Assembly (NCBI GenBank): GCA_021206415.1
Contig: JAJOKG010000006.1
Location: 11,981 to 75,980 of the forward strand
Direction of reading: 5' to 3'
Length of the DNA: 64,000 bases
Origin: Sulfurospirillum sp.
GTDB lineage: Bacteria > Campylobacterota > Campylobacteria > Campylobacterales > Sulfurospirillaceae
The notes beneath the pieces were generated by a model, which saw nothing but the letters and a program-made list of their open reading frames with translations, had not been told where the DNA came from and ran no database searches. The translations under genes were made by a program, and so were the position numbers. Of this stretch, positions 22,518 through 33,549 are shown piece by piece (position 1 is the stretch's first letter; the number at the start of each line of letters is the position of its first letter).

Positions 22518-24912
22518 ATGAAATCCCTATTTATTCTTCTTCTAATATCGGCACAACTCTTTTCGTTAGAGCTTATTTTTAACAGTGGAAAAGAGAGTAA
22601 AACAGAGTATGCTATTTTGCATATTATGGATGCCACACCTTTTGGTTGTGAAACAATTATCTCTGCTCTGGATAAAAAACATTATATTTGTCACATTAGT
22701 CGCCCGATTAATAAGCGAATTGAATCTAAAAAAAATGAAATTTGCTCAGCTTGATTTTTATGAAAAAGAGGGTGAATTTTATATTGTGATTGAGCCGAAA
22801 GTAGATTCAAAGCTTATCCCTGTTGAAGAGCGTTTATACAATAGCGCTGAAGTTTCTGCTAAAGCAAAAGAGACGCTTTATACACATTGGACAGTTTTGT
22901 TGCAAGAAAAAGATTTGTTTGAAAAAGAGGTTGTTCACGATAATTTGGATTTTCCAGTAGCGTTTCCAAAATACCAACGTCCTTATATTGGGGCACTTGA
23001 TTTAAATGGAGCACCTATTTCGTATGCACAAAGCAAGGATATTGGGCTTTATTTGGAGATTAAAAAAGCGTATCATGATGGGTATTATGAGAGTGTTATT
23101 AAAGAGGTCAAACGGGTTTTAACACTTTATCCAAACTCTATTTTTCGTAGTGAATTAGAACTTTTTCATATGCGCTCTATGGATAAACTTTTAAGTGCAA
23201 GAAATGATGAAAGTCCTGAACTGGTATTTAACGAAAGCGATGTGGTAGATATTGCGAAGCGGTGGAGTAAAGAGTTTACCAGTGATGAAAATTTGCCTGA
23301 AGTGTTAATGTTGATGGCAAAATCATATTTGAAAATGGGCTCAAAATCGGATGCAAATTATATCATTGATATTTTAGTGGACGAGCATCCTCAAAGCCCT
23401 TTTACCAAACGGGCTATTTTACTTTTTGCGGATAATCTATTTCTAAAAAAAGAGAAAGATAAGGCACTCAAACTTTACTTAGATGTGCTTTATAGTGCGC
23501 AAGACCTTGATATCGCCTCAGAAGCAGCCATTCGTTTGGGTGATCACCAAATGGATGCAGGAAAAATGCAAGAAGCAAAAGAGTATCTTTTTAAGGTACT
23601 TAATGTAAATGCACAATTTCTACTGAAAGATAAAGAAGCAAGTTATAAATTGGCACGAAGATTAGCTGAGCATAAACTCTATGATTTGGCTGCTAAAGTC
23701 ATTGATGTTTTATTGGAGGGGAGTTCAGCAAGGGATGAAAACAAAGAAGCATGGTTGAAAGAGAGTGGGGATTGGCATGCAAAAGCCAATGAAGTAGAAG
23801 CCGCACACCTACGCTATAAAGAGTATTTGGAAACCTTCAAAACAACGGGTCAGTATGTTCAGGAGGTTACTGAGAGTTTAGATGCTCTTTTCTTTGAACG
23901 TCATGAAAATAATGAAACAAAACTAGCAGCCTATTATGATAACTTGATTGAGAAGTATACCAATAATGAAATAGGACAAAGGGCTTTATTGGAAAAAGCC
24001 AATTTGCTCCTTAAACAAAAAGCATTTACGAAGGTTTTGGAACTTGAAGAGGCGTTAAATAACGTTCCTGATCAGTTTGAGCTCAAAGGTGCTGAATTAA
24101 TTTATGCGGCAGCAAAAGCACTGAGTGTAGAACATTTGGGCAAAAAAGAGTGTCAAAGCAGTGTTTATTTTATTGAGACGTATAAGCTTTTAATAGATGA
24201 GCCACTGTATCAAGAGCCACTGTTTGAGTGTTTTATGGTAACCGCGCGTTATGAAAGAGCGCATGAAATAAGCAGTGCCCATTTACAAGATAGCACGTTA
24301 CAGAGTCGTTATCAATGGGCACAAAAAGAGGTTCAAGCCCTTTTTAAAATGGGAAAATACCAAGAAGTGGTTGATTTTAAAGAAGATTTAAAAACCCTTT
24401 CTTTTTCTCTGAGAGAGAAAATTGGCTTAGAAACCATACGCACTCTTTTCTTTGCATTGATTAAACTTAAAAACAGTGATGGAGCTATTTCATTGGCGGA
24501 GAGTATCAAAATTTTATATCCAGATGAAGCGAATAATTTGGATATTTATGATGCAATTGTCACGATTGCTAGTGAAACGAAAAATGATCTTTTATTGGTG
24601 AACTATGCACAGACGATTGTAGATTTGCAAAAGAAATTTAATGTCTCTGCACTGACGCCTCGTATTGAATTTAGTTACATAGAAGCACTCAAGCGGCTAG
24701 GTCGTGAAAAAGAAGCATTAAATCTCGCAGAATCATTAATGAAAGCATCTTTGGGTAATGATGATAGAATCCGCCTTTTTTATCATGCGGGTGAATTAAG
24801 TCTTAAGCTCAAAGAGAGTGAAAAAGCAAAAGGCTATTTTAAAGAGTGTGTTGAAAACAATGAGAGCAGTTCGTGGAAGCGTATTTGTGAGGAAAATCTA
24901 AAACTCTTTTGA
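22518..24912 (+). CDS. pflA: Periplasmic TPR protein, PflA-like flagellar motor scaffold (frameshift at A run near 22730)
   Basis: Signal peptide MKSLFILLLISAQLFS-LEL, YIGALDLNG, TPR-like helices, about 790 aa; directly downstream of nuoN as in Campylobacter. Confidence 0.7.
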
Positions 24913-24916
24913 TCTT

Positions 24917-24945
24917 TTTACATGTAAAACTATTTTACATGTAAA
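24917..24945. terminator. Bidirectional hairpin built from two TTACATGTAA copies between convergent pflA and miaA
   Basis: TTTACATGTAAAA-CTA-TTTTACATGTAAA: 13-bp perfect arms with a 3-nt loop. Confidence 0.55.
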
Positions 24946-25829
24946 GAGGCTTCAATTAAAGGCTTAAGTGTACTAACATCACCTTTGGGATGTGCCTCAA
25001 ATTGGGATGCATTAAAGGTACGTTGGCGTTTGGCTAGGTGCAGAGTATTTAAACAAATACGTTCTTCTAGTTGTGTGAGTGTGTATTTACCGTCGAAGTA
25101 ATCTAGTACCTCTTTAATCCCGATAGCTTTCATGCATTGAGGCGTTCGTGTGTAGCATTTTTCCAGAGAAAAAACTTCATCAATTAAACCCATTTTAAGC
25201 ATCATTTGTGTGCGTAAAGTAATTTTTTGAGCCAATACCTCTTTAGGTGTTTCAATTTCAAAAAGCTCAAGATCTTGAATTAAAGGGGGCTGTTTGGTTT
25301 GCGCAAGGTAGTCTGAGGGAATCTCTTGTGTGGCTAAAAAAATTTCCAGCCATTTTTCAATACGATAGCTATCGTTTTGTGCAATTTTTGTGGCATAACT
25401 AGGATCGTGCATTTCAATAAGAGCATAAGAAGCTTCTAAATTACGCAATTTAGTCTCTATTTCTTTTTTTACATGTAAAGATATTTCAGGTTTTAAACTA
25501 AAACCTTCCATCATGGCTTTTAGGTAAAAGCCCGTACCCCCTACAATAATTAAATTTTTGTTATCTCTTTTGCACGCCTCTTTTGCTTCGCGGTAAAGAT
25601 TAAAAAACATCGTGACATCAAAATGCTCATTGGGGAAAAGTACATCCATGCCAAAATGAACAATGCCTTGACGCTCCGCTACGCTTGGTTTTGCAGAAGC
25701 AATATCAATTTCTTTATAAATACTCAGTGAATCCAGTGATAAAATATATGCACTATGAATGCGTGCAAGTTCAATAGCAAGAGCGGTTTTTCCCGAAGCG
25801 GTTGGACCTAAAATAGCGATAGTTTTCAA
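24930..25829 (-). CDS. miaA: tRNA dimethylallyltransferase
   Basis: GPTASGKT, DSLSIYK, VGGTGFY, AKRQRT. Confidence 0.95.
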   Translation of the reverse strand: MKTIAILGPTASGKTALAIELARIHSAYILSLDSLSIYKEIDIASAKPSVAERQGIVHFGMDVLFPNEHFDVTMFFNLYREAKEACKRDNKNLIIVGGTGFYLKAMMEGFSLKPEISLHVKKEIETKLRNLEASYALIEMHDPSYATKIAQNDSYRIEKWLEIFLATQEIPSDYLAQTKQPPLIQDLELFEIETPKEVLAQKITLRTQMMLKMGLIDEVFSLEKCYTRTPQCMKAIGIKEVLDYFDGKYTLTQLEERICLNTLHLAKRQRTFNASQFEAHPKGDVSTLKPLIEASLHVK

Positions 25830-25927
25830 TGATAGTCTCTTTGTTTTGTGCGGTTTAATGGGGCAATTATAACACTTTTAAAGGGTTTTGTTGTAAAATC
25901 AGTCCATCTTACATGTAAAGGTTTGTA

Positions 25928-26799
25928 TTGCAACAGTTTTGGCAAAAGCTTAAAGATATTGGCGATTTAATCGTTTTTAAACACTCCATTTTTGCGCTTC
26001 CTTTTATTTTTATCGCAATGATTGTTGCTTCAAAAGCGCAAAATGATACGGTTTGGTTTGGTTTTAAACTTCTTTTTTTTAGGGCTTTTAGCCGCCGTGA
26101 GTGCTCGTAATTTTGCCATGGCATTTAATCGCTATGCAGATAGAGATATTGACAAGTATAACCCACGAACCGCCAATCGTCCCAGTGTTGATGGGCGCAT
26201 AGGGGCTTCAAATTTACTTTTTTTTATTGGTTTTAACGCACTGCTTTTTGTGGTCGTTGCTTATTTTATTAATGAGCTTGCTTTTTATTTGAGCGTTCCT
26301 ATTTTGATTATTTTGGGTGGGTATTCACTTTTTAAGCGTTTTTCTCCCTATGCGCATTTGGTTTTAGGTCTCTCTTTGGGGTTAGCACCTATTGCAGGTG
26401 CCGTTGCGGTAGAGGCTTCTATCCCTTTATGGGCGGTACTACTTTCTATTGGTGTGATGTATTGGGTAGCTGGATTTGATTTGCTCTACTCCTTACAAGA
26501 TATGGAGTATGATAAAGCCAATGGACTTTTTTTCTATTCCTTCTCGTTTTGGATGGGAAGCGACATTTTTTATCTCTAAACTCTTTCATGCTCAGACGAT
26601 TCTCTTTTGGCTACTTTTTGTCATCACCGCAGAATTAGGATTTTTTGCCTACGTGGGCGTTTTGGTTTCGGCTATTGTGCTCTTTTTTGAACACCGCATT
26701 GTGGCAAAAGATTTTTCTAAAATTGACCGTGCTTTTTTTACCCTCAATGGCTACTTGGGCATTATCTTTTTGATACTCATTTTTTTAGATAGGATCTGA
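25928..26799 (+). CDS. mqnP: UbiA-family prenyltransferase of the futalosine menaquinone pathway (two frameshifts at T runs)
   Basis: FKHSIFALPF, NRYADRDID..NPRT..RP, GFDLLYSLQD. Confidence 0.85.
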
Positions 26800-26800
26800 A

Positions 26801-27331
26801 ATGGAAAACATTCGTTTTGTTCCTACGGTTTTAAATGTCGTTTATGAAAAAGGTTCTCCGCAGGATGCCACTTTTTTGCAAGAGTATTATGCTCTAATGA
26901 AAATTAATGATGATCCTTTGGGGTTATGGCTGAAATCTTCTCAAATTCGAAAAGCCTCAGAAGAGAGCGATCAGGTTCTTTTAACCCTTTTACTTGAATT
27001 GCATCGAAAAGTCGATAAGTTAACCCATGTACTCACCAGTGATAAACCACTTTTATTAACACTTGAACATTCAGCGATTCTTGGTGCTATTGGGCATGGG
27101 TATGTTCGCTTTGACTCAAATGTATTGGTGATGAATGAAACATATTATGCTCGCATTGATATGCCTATATTTCCACAAAGGCACATACCTCTTTTTATTG
27201 AAGCCATAGATGAGTGTGTAGGAAAAATTGTTTTGATGCATGAAGATGATGAAGATGATTGGAGTGCTTATATGATGGCCTGTGAACGTGCGATGATTCG
27301 CCAAATGAAAGGAAACGGAAGTGAATATTGA
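26801..27331 (+). CDS. Conserved hypothetical protein
   Basis: 176-aa ORF in the mqnP operon; DDPLGLWL, ELHRKVD, ERAMIRQMK. Confidence 0.7.
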   Translation: MENIRFVPTVLNVVYEKGSPQDATFLQEYYALMKINDDPLGLWLKSSQIRKASEESDQVLLTLLLELHRKVDKLTHVLTSDKPLLLTLEHSAILGAIGHGYVRFDSNVLVMNETYYARIDMPIFPQRHIPLFIEAIDECVGKIVLMHEDDEDDWSAYMMACERAMIRQMKGNGSEY

Positions 27332-27837
27332 AGTATTGGCATTTTGTGGATTAGCTGCACTGGTCATTATTGTTTTTTTAATGGTCTATATCCGAGATAT
27401 TGAAGTCAATAAAAAACTCTCTATTTATGAAAAAAAGTATCGAGGAACTTAACTACCAAAATCACGTCCTCAATAAAGCCCTCAATGAACTGCGTAGTGT
27501 TGAAAAAAAACCAGAATTCGATGCGCAGGAATTTGAAAAAAAGATAATGCATAGTGTGAATGAGGATATTCGCAAAAGTGTTCTTCCTGTGGTAGGCTCA
27601 CTTAAAGAGATTGAATCTATTATTCAACATTTCAAAGATGAGCAAAGTACCCGTATTGATAGAATTGAGAGTCGTACTAAAGAGATGAGTTTTGTCTCCT
27701 CTTCGCCTTCGAGTTCAAATGAAAAAATGATTATTACGCATTATTCAAAAGGCAAAAGTGAAGCTGAGATTGCCAAAGATTTGCGTATTGGCATTGGTGA
27801 AGTTGATTTGGTATTAAAGCTAGCTAATTTAAAATAA
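27321..27837 (+). CDS. Membrane-anchored coiled-coil protein with C-terminal HTH-like tail (frameshift at A run near 27430)
   Basis: N-terminal TM segment from GTG 27321; C-terminal GKSEAEIAKDLRIGIGEVDLVLKL. Confidence 0.65.
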
Positions 27838-27861
27838 CGGGTTTACATGTAAACCCGTTAT
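27834..27861. terminator. 28-bp perfect palindrome between convergent genes, centred on TTACATGTAA
   Basis: ATAACGGGTTTACATGTAAACCCGTTAT. Confidence 0.65.
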
Positions 27862-27864
27862 CAA

Positions 27865-29309
27865 TTATTTATGTTTACGAGAGAGTGATGCAGTCTCTTC
27901 GATCATATTATCGAGTAGTTTAAAGAGCGTGTTACTTGCTTCTTCCATGCGTTTAAAATTATGAATAAAAAACGAAAGTGAATCGTGCGTATATCCTTCT
28001 TGTAAAGCGTTCATATTCTCATGAACATATCCATGAACTTCTTTATGTGAATTCTCAAGTAATGGATACGATTTTGTTAAACTAAAGCGCTCTTTGGTTA
28101 AAGCATCATCATACCATTGACCCAATCGGCACTCATGATGGTTCGTAAATTTGGCATCTTTTTGTTCATTTAAAATTGCTGAATATGCCTTAGTTTTGTA
28201 CACCATGTGATCTACTTTGGCCAAAATAGTAAAGATTTTATTTTCAAGTCTAAAGAGGTATCAGCAGTAATATTAGCATCTTCATTAAAAGCACGAAGTG
28301 CTTCTTCAAAATGTACGACATTGTCTCCGCTATGATTTGCAATGGCACTGATACGATCAGAGTTAGAATGAATGCCATTGGTTTCTTGCTGTAAGGTTTG
28401 AATCGTCATGGCAATTTCTTGGGTTGCTTTTTGTGTGCGCTCTGCTAATTTTCGCACCTCATCTGCTACGACGGCAAATCCACGTCCATGTTCACCTGCA
28501 CGTGCGGCTTCAATAGCGGCATTAAGGGCTAAGAGATTGGTTTGATCGGCAATATCTTTAATCAGATTGACCACAGATGAAATTTCAGAGGTACGAAGGC
28601 TTAATGAATTAATCGCCTCATTGGTACTGTTTAAAAGTTCCAATAACTCTTTAATGCCTTCGGAGAGTTCGTTAAGTGTTTGCAGGCTGTCATCAGATTT
28701 TTGTGCGGTTGTGTTGGCAATGGCTGTAATATTTGACATCTCTTTAATGCTGTTTGTAAGATCAGATTGAATACTCAAAACACCATTATTTCCATTTCCT
28801 AAATCAGCAAAGGCAGAAGAGAGCGTGCCTTTGGCTTTTCCTTTTTGTCCTTCAACGACTCCACGAACACCTTCTGAAATATAACGAGCATTAATCGCAA
28901 AAAGACCGCGAAAACCCTCGTTAAAAATATTACGATAGGTTTTACCTTGACTTGCTGATTCAATGGATGTTTTTGTCTCCCGCATTAAGGCTTCCATTTG
29001 ATCTAAGAGGTCATTGATACCTAGTGCAATTGGTGCCATAGGTTGATTGGGATCAATATTGACAACACGGGGTTCTAAATTGCCACGGGCTGCTTCTTGA
29101 ATCACACGGAGTGTTTTTTCGTATAATTCAACATCGCATTGCATTGTTTTTCGACTACCGAAAAAAGAGCCTGCTGCCACACCAAAAAGAAGGGTTGAAG
29201 TTGCAAAACTACCTTCAAAATCAATAAAACAATTCACTGCAATAAGCACAAGCATGACGCCTAAAAAAGGTAGATTATAAGCGTTGTAACGTGTTTGAGA
29301 ATTCTTCAT
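27865..29309 (-). CDS. Methyl-accepting chemotaxis protein with C-terminal CZB zinc-binding domain (frameshift near 28240)
   Basis: Two N-terminal TM segments, [38 protein letters not shown]; CZB motifs [21 protein letters not shown]. Confidence 0.85.
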
Positions 29310-29788
29310 AACTCATTCCTTTCTCTTCTAGTACACGGGTTAAATAATTCAAAGAAGCATCCATGCTTCCTGTTTTTTCGAGCTCTAAAAGTTTGTCATA
29401 CAAGGGATTGATAATCTCTAAAGCTTTTGGATTGGCTTTGCGTCTAATAGAGTAGTATCCAACGATTTGACCTGTTGCATCACTGGAGGCTGTAACATTG
29501 GCATACACCCAATAATATCCGCCATCAAAACTCAAGTTTTTAACATAAGCAAAAATCTCTTCTTTATTTTTAATCTTTTCCCATAAAAGTTTAAAAATAA
29601 CACGAGGCATTTGAGGATGACGGATAATGTTATGAGGTTTCCCCAAAAGTTCTTGCTCACTGGCACCAACAATTTTCAAAAAAAGGTTCGTTACAGTAGG
29701 TGATTTTCCCATGCGTATCCGTTTTTGAAACTAAAAAGGCATCCGCACTTACAGCGTGCTCTTTTTGATTAGGAATAGGTTTATTCAT
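29275..29788 (-). CDS. Stand-alone PAS (Aer/CetB-like) sensor (frameshift near 29680)
   Basis: [47 protein letters not shown]. Confidence 0.85.
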
Positions 29789-29966
29789 GCCTAAACTCCT
29801 TGGAAAGTTTGAAATCTAAAAGTAGTGTATCCCACTTCATTTTAGAAAGAGCTTCAAAATTCTGATGCTAAAAATCTCTCTTGCATACGTCTTATATTTA
29901 TGTATAATATGCCCCACAAGCTTTTTATAAGTCTCTAAGAAGAGTATTTTACAAACGAGGAATCTG

Positions 29967-30935
29967 ATGCTTATTGATGGATTTGGAAGAAAAGTAACGT
30001 ATTTAAGAATTTCAGTCACAGAGCGATGCAATTTTAGATGTCAATATTGTATGCCAGAAAAACCCTTTTCGTGGGTGCCAAAAGAGAATTTACTCAATTT
30101 TGAAGAGCTATTTTTATTTGTGAAAGTGGCGATTGATGAAGGCATTACTAAAATTCGTATCACAGGCGGAGAACCTCTGCTTCGAACGGATTTGGATAAA
30201 TTTATTGGTATGATTAACGCGCATAAAAGTGGTTTGGATTTGGCCTTGACAACGAATGGTTTTTTACTCAAAGGTGCGGCACAAAAACTCAAAGATGCGG
30301 GATTGCAACGGGTGAATATTTCACTGGATAGTCTTAAAGCAGATGTGGCAGCAAAAATGGCACAAAAAGATGTCCTTAGTAGGGTGCAAGAAGGCATTGA
30401 AGAGGCTCTTCGTGTGGGACTTAAAGTCAAAATCAATATGGTACCCATCAAAGGGATTAATGCGGATGAAGTCCTAGATGTTCTTGAATATGCTAAGGCT
30501 AGGGGAATGTCGATTCGTTTTATTGAATACATGGAAAATACTCATGCCAAAGCACAACTCAAAGGATTAGGTGGGGAAGAAGTACAAGCAATTATTGCCC
30601 AGAAATACCCGTTTAAAGCTATTGGAAGACAAGGTCCTAGCCCTGCACATCTTTTTGAAATGGAAGATGGCTATATTTTTGGGGTGATTGATCCTCATCA
30701 ACACGATTTTTGTGAAGATTGTAATCGCATCCGCTTAACCGCAGAAGGAATGTTGATACCTTGTTTATATTTTGATGAGGCAATGAGCATCAAAGAGGCT
30801 GTACACAAAGGCGATATCAAGGAAGCTGCTGAAATTTTAAAAGAGGTCTTACGCAATAAACCTGAAAAAAACAAGTGGAGCGATGATGACCACAATGAAG
30901 TCTCTAAGCGTGCTTTTTACGAAACAGGCGGATGA
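29967..30935 (+). CDS. moaA: GTP 3',8-cyclase
   Basis: CNFRCQYC radical SAM motif, [15 protein letters not shown]-terminal GG. Confidence 0.95.
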   Translation: MLIDGFGRKVTYLRISVTERCNFRCQYCMPEKPFSWVPKENLLNFEELFLFVKVAIDEGITKIRITGGEPLLRTDLDKFIGMINAHKSGLDLALTTNGFLLKGAAQKLKDAGLQRVNISLDSLKADVAAKMAQKDVLSRVQEGIEEALRVGLKVKINMVPIKGINADEVLDVLEYAKARGMSIRFIEYMENTHAKAQLKGLGGEEVQAIIAQKYPFKAIGRQGPSPAHLFEMEDGYIFGVIDPHQHDFCEDCNRIRLTAEGMLIPCLYFDEAMSIKEAVHKGDIKEAAEILKEVLRNKPEKNKWSDDDHNEVSKRAFYETGG

Positions 30936-32072
30936 GTAAAAAAGAAGAAGGGAATCTCTTCTCCTTCTTCAATAGATGCTCTTTTCTCAATTAAAGCATA
31001 GCCATTGCACTGACTTAAAATGTTGAGTCTTCCTGCTTCATAATGGGGCGCACTGACAAAATGATTTCCATCGCTGTATCCAGGAATCGCACTCATACAA
31101 GAATCCTTACATGTAATTCTTTTTTGATTCACACAACTGATAAAAGTAGGCAAAAGAGAGGGGAGTGATTGGATGTGTCGAAGCAGAGGGACTCCTAGCA
31201 TTTCAAAACCTAAGGTACAACTTAAGGGTAATCCTGGCAAATGTAAAATAGGTTTTTTATGAAGCATACTCAAAGCACTTGGTCTAGCCGGTGAAATAGA
31301 GACATGATGAAAAAGAGGAAAGAGCGTCTTTTTTTCCAATAAGGAACACATACTATCGTTTCGACTGAGCGCACCGGTGGTGATAATCGCATCTGAGGTG
31401 GGCATTAATGTATCCATAGCTTTTAAAATAGCATCTTCATTGTCATCGCAGAGGTGAATGTCCCCAATCTTCCCTCCCAATTCTAAGATGCGTGCAGCTA
31501 AACTCATCGCATTTGAATTGCAAATCTCTTTCTTAACCAATTGGGCACCAATACTCAAAAGACTGATGGTCGGTTTTTTAAAAACGTGAATGTTTTGAAT
31601 ACATTGTGAAGCAAGGGCCGTTATTTTTTTGGGCACTTAATCGCTCTCCTTTTTTGAGCAATACTTCTCCTTGTGTAATGTCTTCTCCCTCTTTTTTCAT
31701 ATGTGCAAATAGCGTTACATGTAAAGATATCTGAATCTCATTTTCTCGTTCAACGAGTACCTCTTCTTCGGGAATAATGGCATTAATGCCCTCTGGAATG
31801 GGAGAGCCTGTGGAAAGTTTAACGCCATAACCCAAAGGAATGGAAAGAGGATAAGGCGGTTGAAGTAGGGGGTAATGCGTCGTGTGGGATTTAAAAGCAA
31901 TCCCATAACCCTCTTTTAAACTCATGGGATATTTTGGGAGTGAAAAGTTTGCGTGAATATCTTGACTGGAAACACGATGCAAGGCGCTTAAAAGAGGTAA
32001 AGTCTGTTTTGCATGTAAAGGTTTGATAGATGTTTGAATGATTTGAAGTGCTTCTTGATACGAAATAGGCAT
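30917..32072 (-). CDS. moeA: Divergent MoeA-family molybdopterin molybdotransferase (frameshift at T run near 31625)
   Basis: [40 protein letters not shown]; several canonical motifs are altered. Confidence 0.7.
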
Positions 32073-32152
32073 AGTATAACCTTATGATTTATGGGCAATA
32101 TTATACTAAGAATGGTAGACTTTTGAATTATTTTTGTGAAGGATTTTTCATC

Positions 32153-32564
32153 ATGGACGAGTTAATACGCCTCTCAAGTCAGCTGCATCTTATTTTTATT
32201 GGGCTCTTAGGGGTACTGATTGCCTTTAATTTGTATTTACTAAACAGTGATAAAACATTTCTCAAACTCTCTAAACGCTTAGAACTTATCGCACCACAAT
32301 ATTACATTGTCCTTTCGGCGATTTTTTTTTACAGGCATTATTATTATGGCTATTCGTCAATTTTATTTTTCTCTTTCTGTTGCGGTCATGATTATTGTAT
32401 GGATTGGCATTGTGGCTTTGGGTATTCGAGGACATAAAATCTACAAAAAACTAGAACGTACAGAGGCTTCGCAAAAAGCCTATAAGCAGTACGCAATCAA
32501 AAAATATACGCTTGATCTTCTTGCCCTTTGTGCGACAAGTGCACTCTTTTACGCGGTGCATTAA
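32153..32564 (+). CDS. Small integral membrane protein (frameshift at T run near 32325)
   Basis: Four hydrophobic segments, PQYY..LSAIFFTGII; located upstream of rsmE. Confidence 0.65.
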
Positions 32565-32565
32565 G

Positions 32566-33233
32566 ATGCAGTTTGTCTATCACGAACACGCAGGTAACCC
32601 TACTCTTTTATTAGAGACTAAAGCGTATGAACATATTTTTAAAGTCCGACGTATGGGCGTTGGAGAGAAGCTTTGTTGGCGAAATTTAGAAGATGATTTT
32701 ATCTATTGGTATGAGATTTCTGATATCGGTAAAAAAGAGGCAACATTGACACTGCTTTCTCAAGAGATAGTGGCTTTGTTGCCTTCAAATAGTTTGCACA
32801 TAGGCTGGAGTGTGATTGATCCAAAAATTATCGAAAAAACACTGCCAATGCTGAATGAACTAGGGTCAGTAAAATCACCTTTTTTTATGCAGAATTTTCA
32901 CAAAAAAATCATAAACTCGATTTTGAACGTATGAAGCGTATTCTTATCAATTCTTCTCAGCAATGTGGACGTAGTAAATGGATGGAGATTGAAATCCTAC
33001 CAACGCTGCAGAGTTATTTAGAACATTATTCAACGAGTTATGTGTTAGATTTTTCAGAGACAAAACTTAAAGAGCATGAATCAGTTGAATCGATTTTGAT
33101 TGGACCTGAGGGTGGATTTAGTCAAAAAGAGCGAATTTTACTTCAAAATCAGCCAACGGTTGGGCTTACATGTAAAACGATTTTGCGAAGTGAAACCGCT
33201 GTGATTGCCGTTGCTTCGAAAATATTGGCATGA
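32566..33233 (+). CDS. rsmE: 16S rRNA m3U1498 methyltransferase (frameshifted near 32868)
   Basis: HIFKVRR, LNELG, SSQQCGR, IGPEGGFS, ILRSETA. Confidence 0.9.
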
Positions 33234-33254
33234 CTTGAAATAATGAATCTTTTG

Positions 33255-33263
33255 TGCTATAAT
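33255..33263 (+). promoter_or_regulatory. Extended -10 promoter for rpmE
   Basis: TGCTATAAT about 70 nt upstream of rpmE. Confidence 0.6.
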
Positions 33264-33333
33264 TTGCACCCTTTGGCAGAATGCGCCAAATAATAGATTT
33301 TATTTTTATGATAAACAATTAAGGAAAAATAGT

Positions 33334-33534
33334 ATGAAAAAAGATATTCATCCAGAATATGTACCATGTGTTGTAACGTGTGCGTGTGGCAATAGTTTTG
33401 AAACTATGTCTAACAAAGCAGAGTTAAGAATTGATATTTGTAGTTCATGTCATCCCTTCTTTACGGGCAGTGAGAAGATTGTTGATGCTGCAGGTCGTGT
33501 TGAGAAATTTAAGAAAAAATATAACCTTAAATAA
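33334..33534 (+). CDS. rpmE: 50S ribosomal protein L31 (Zn-binding type)
   Basis: [29 protein letters not shown]. Confidence 0.97.
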   Translation: MKKDIHPEYVPCVVTCACGNSFETMSNKAELRIDICSSCHPFFTGSEKIVDAAGRVEKFKKKYNLK

Positions 33535-33549
33535 TTTTTTTTAAATACT

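Noticed and set aside
31698-31707. CATATGTGCA inside moeA resembling the DUF134 operator
   Set aside because: Only a partial match, within coding sequence, and plausible by chance
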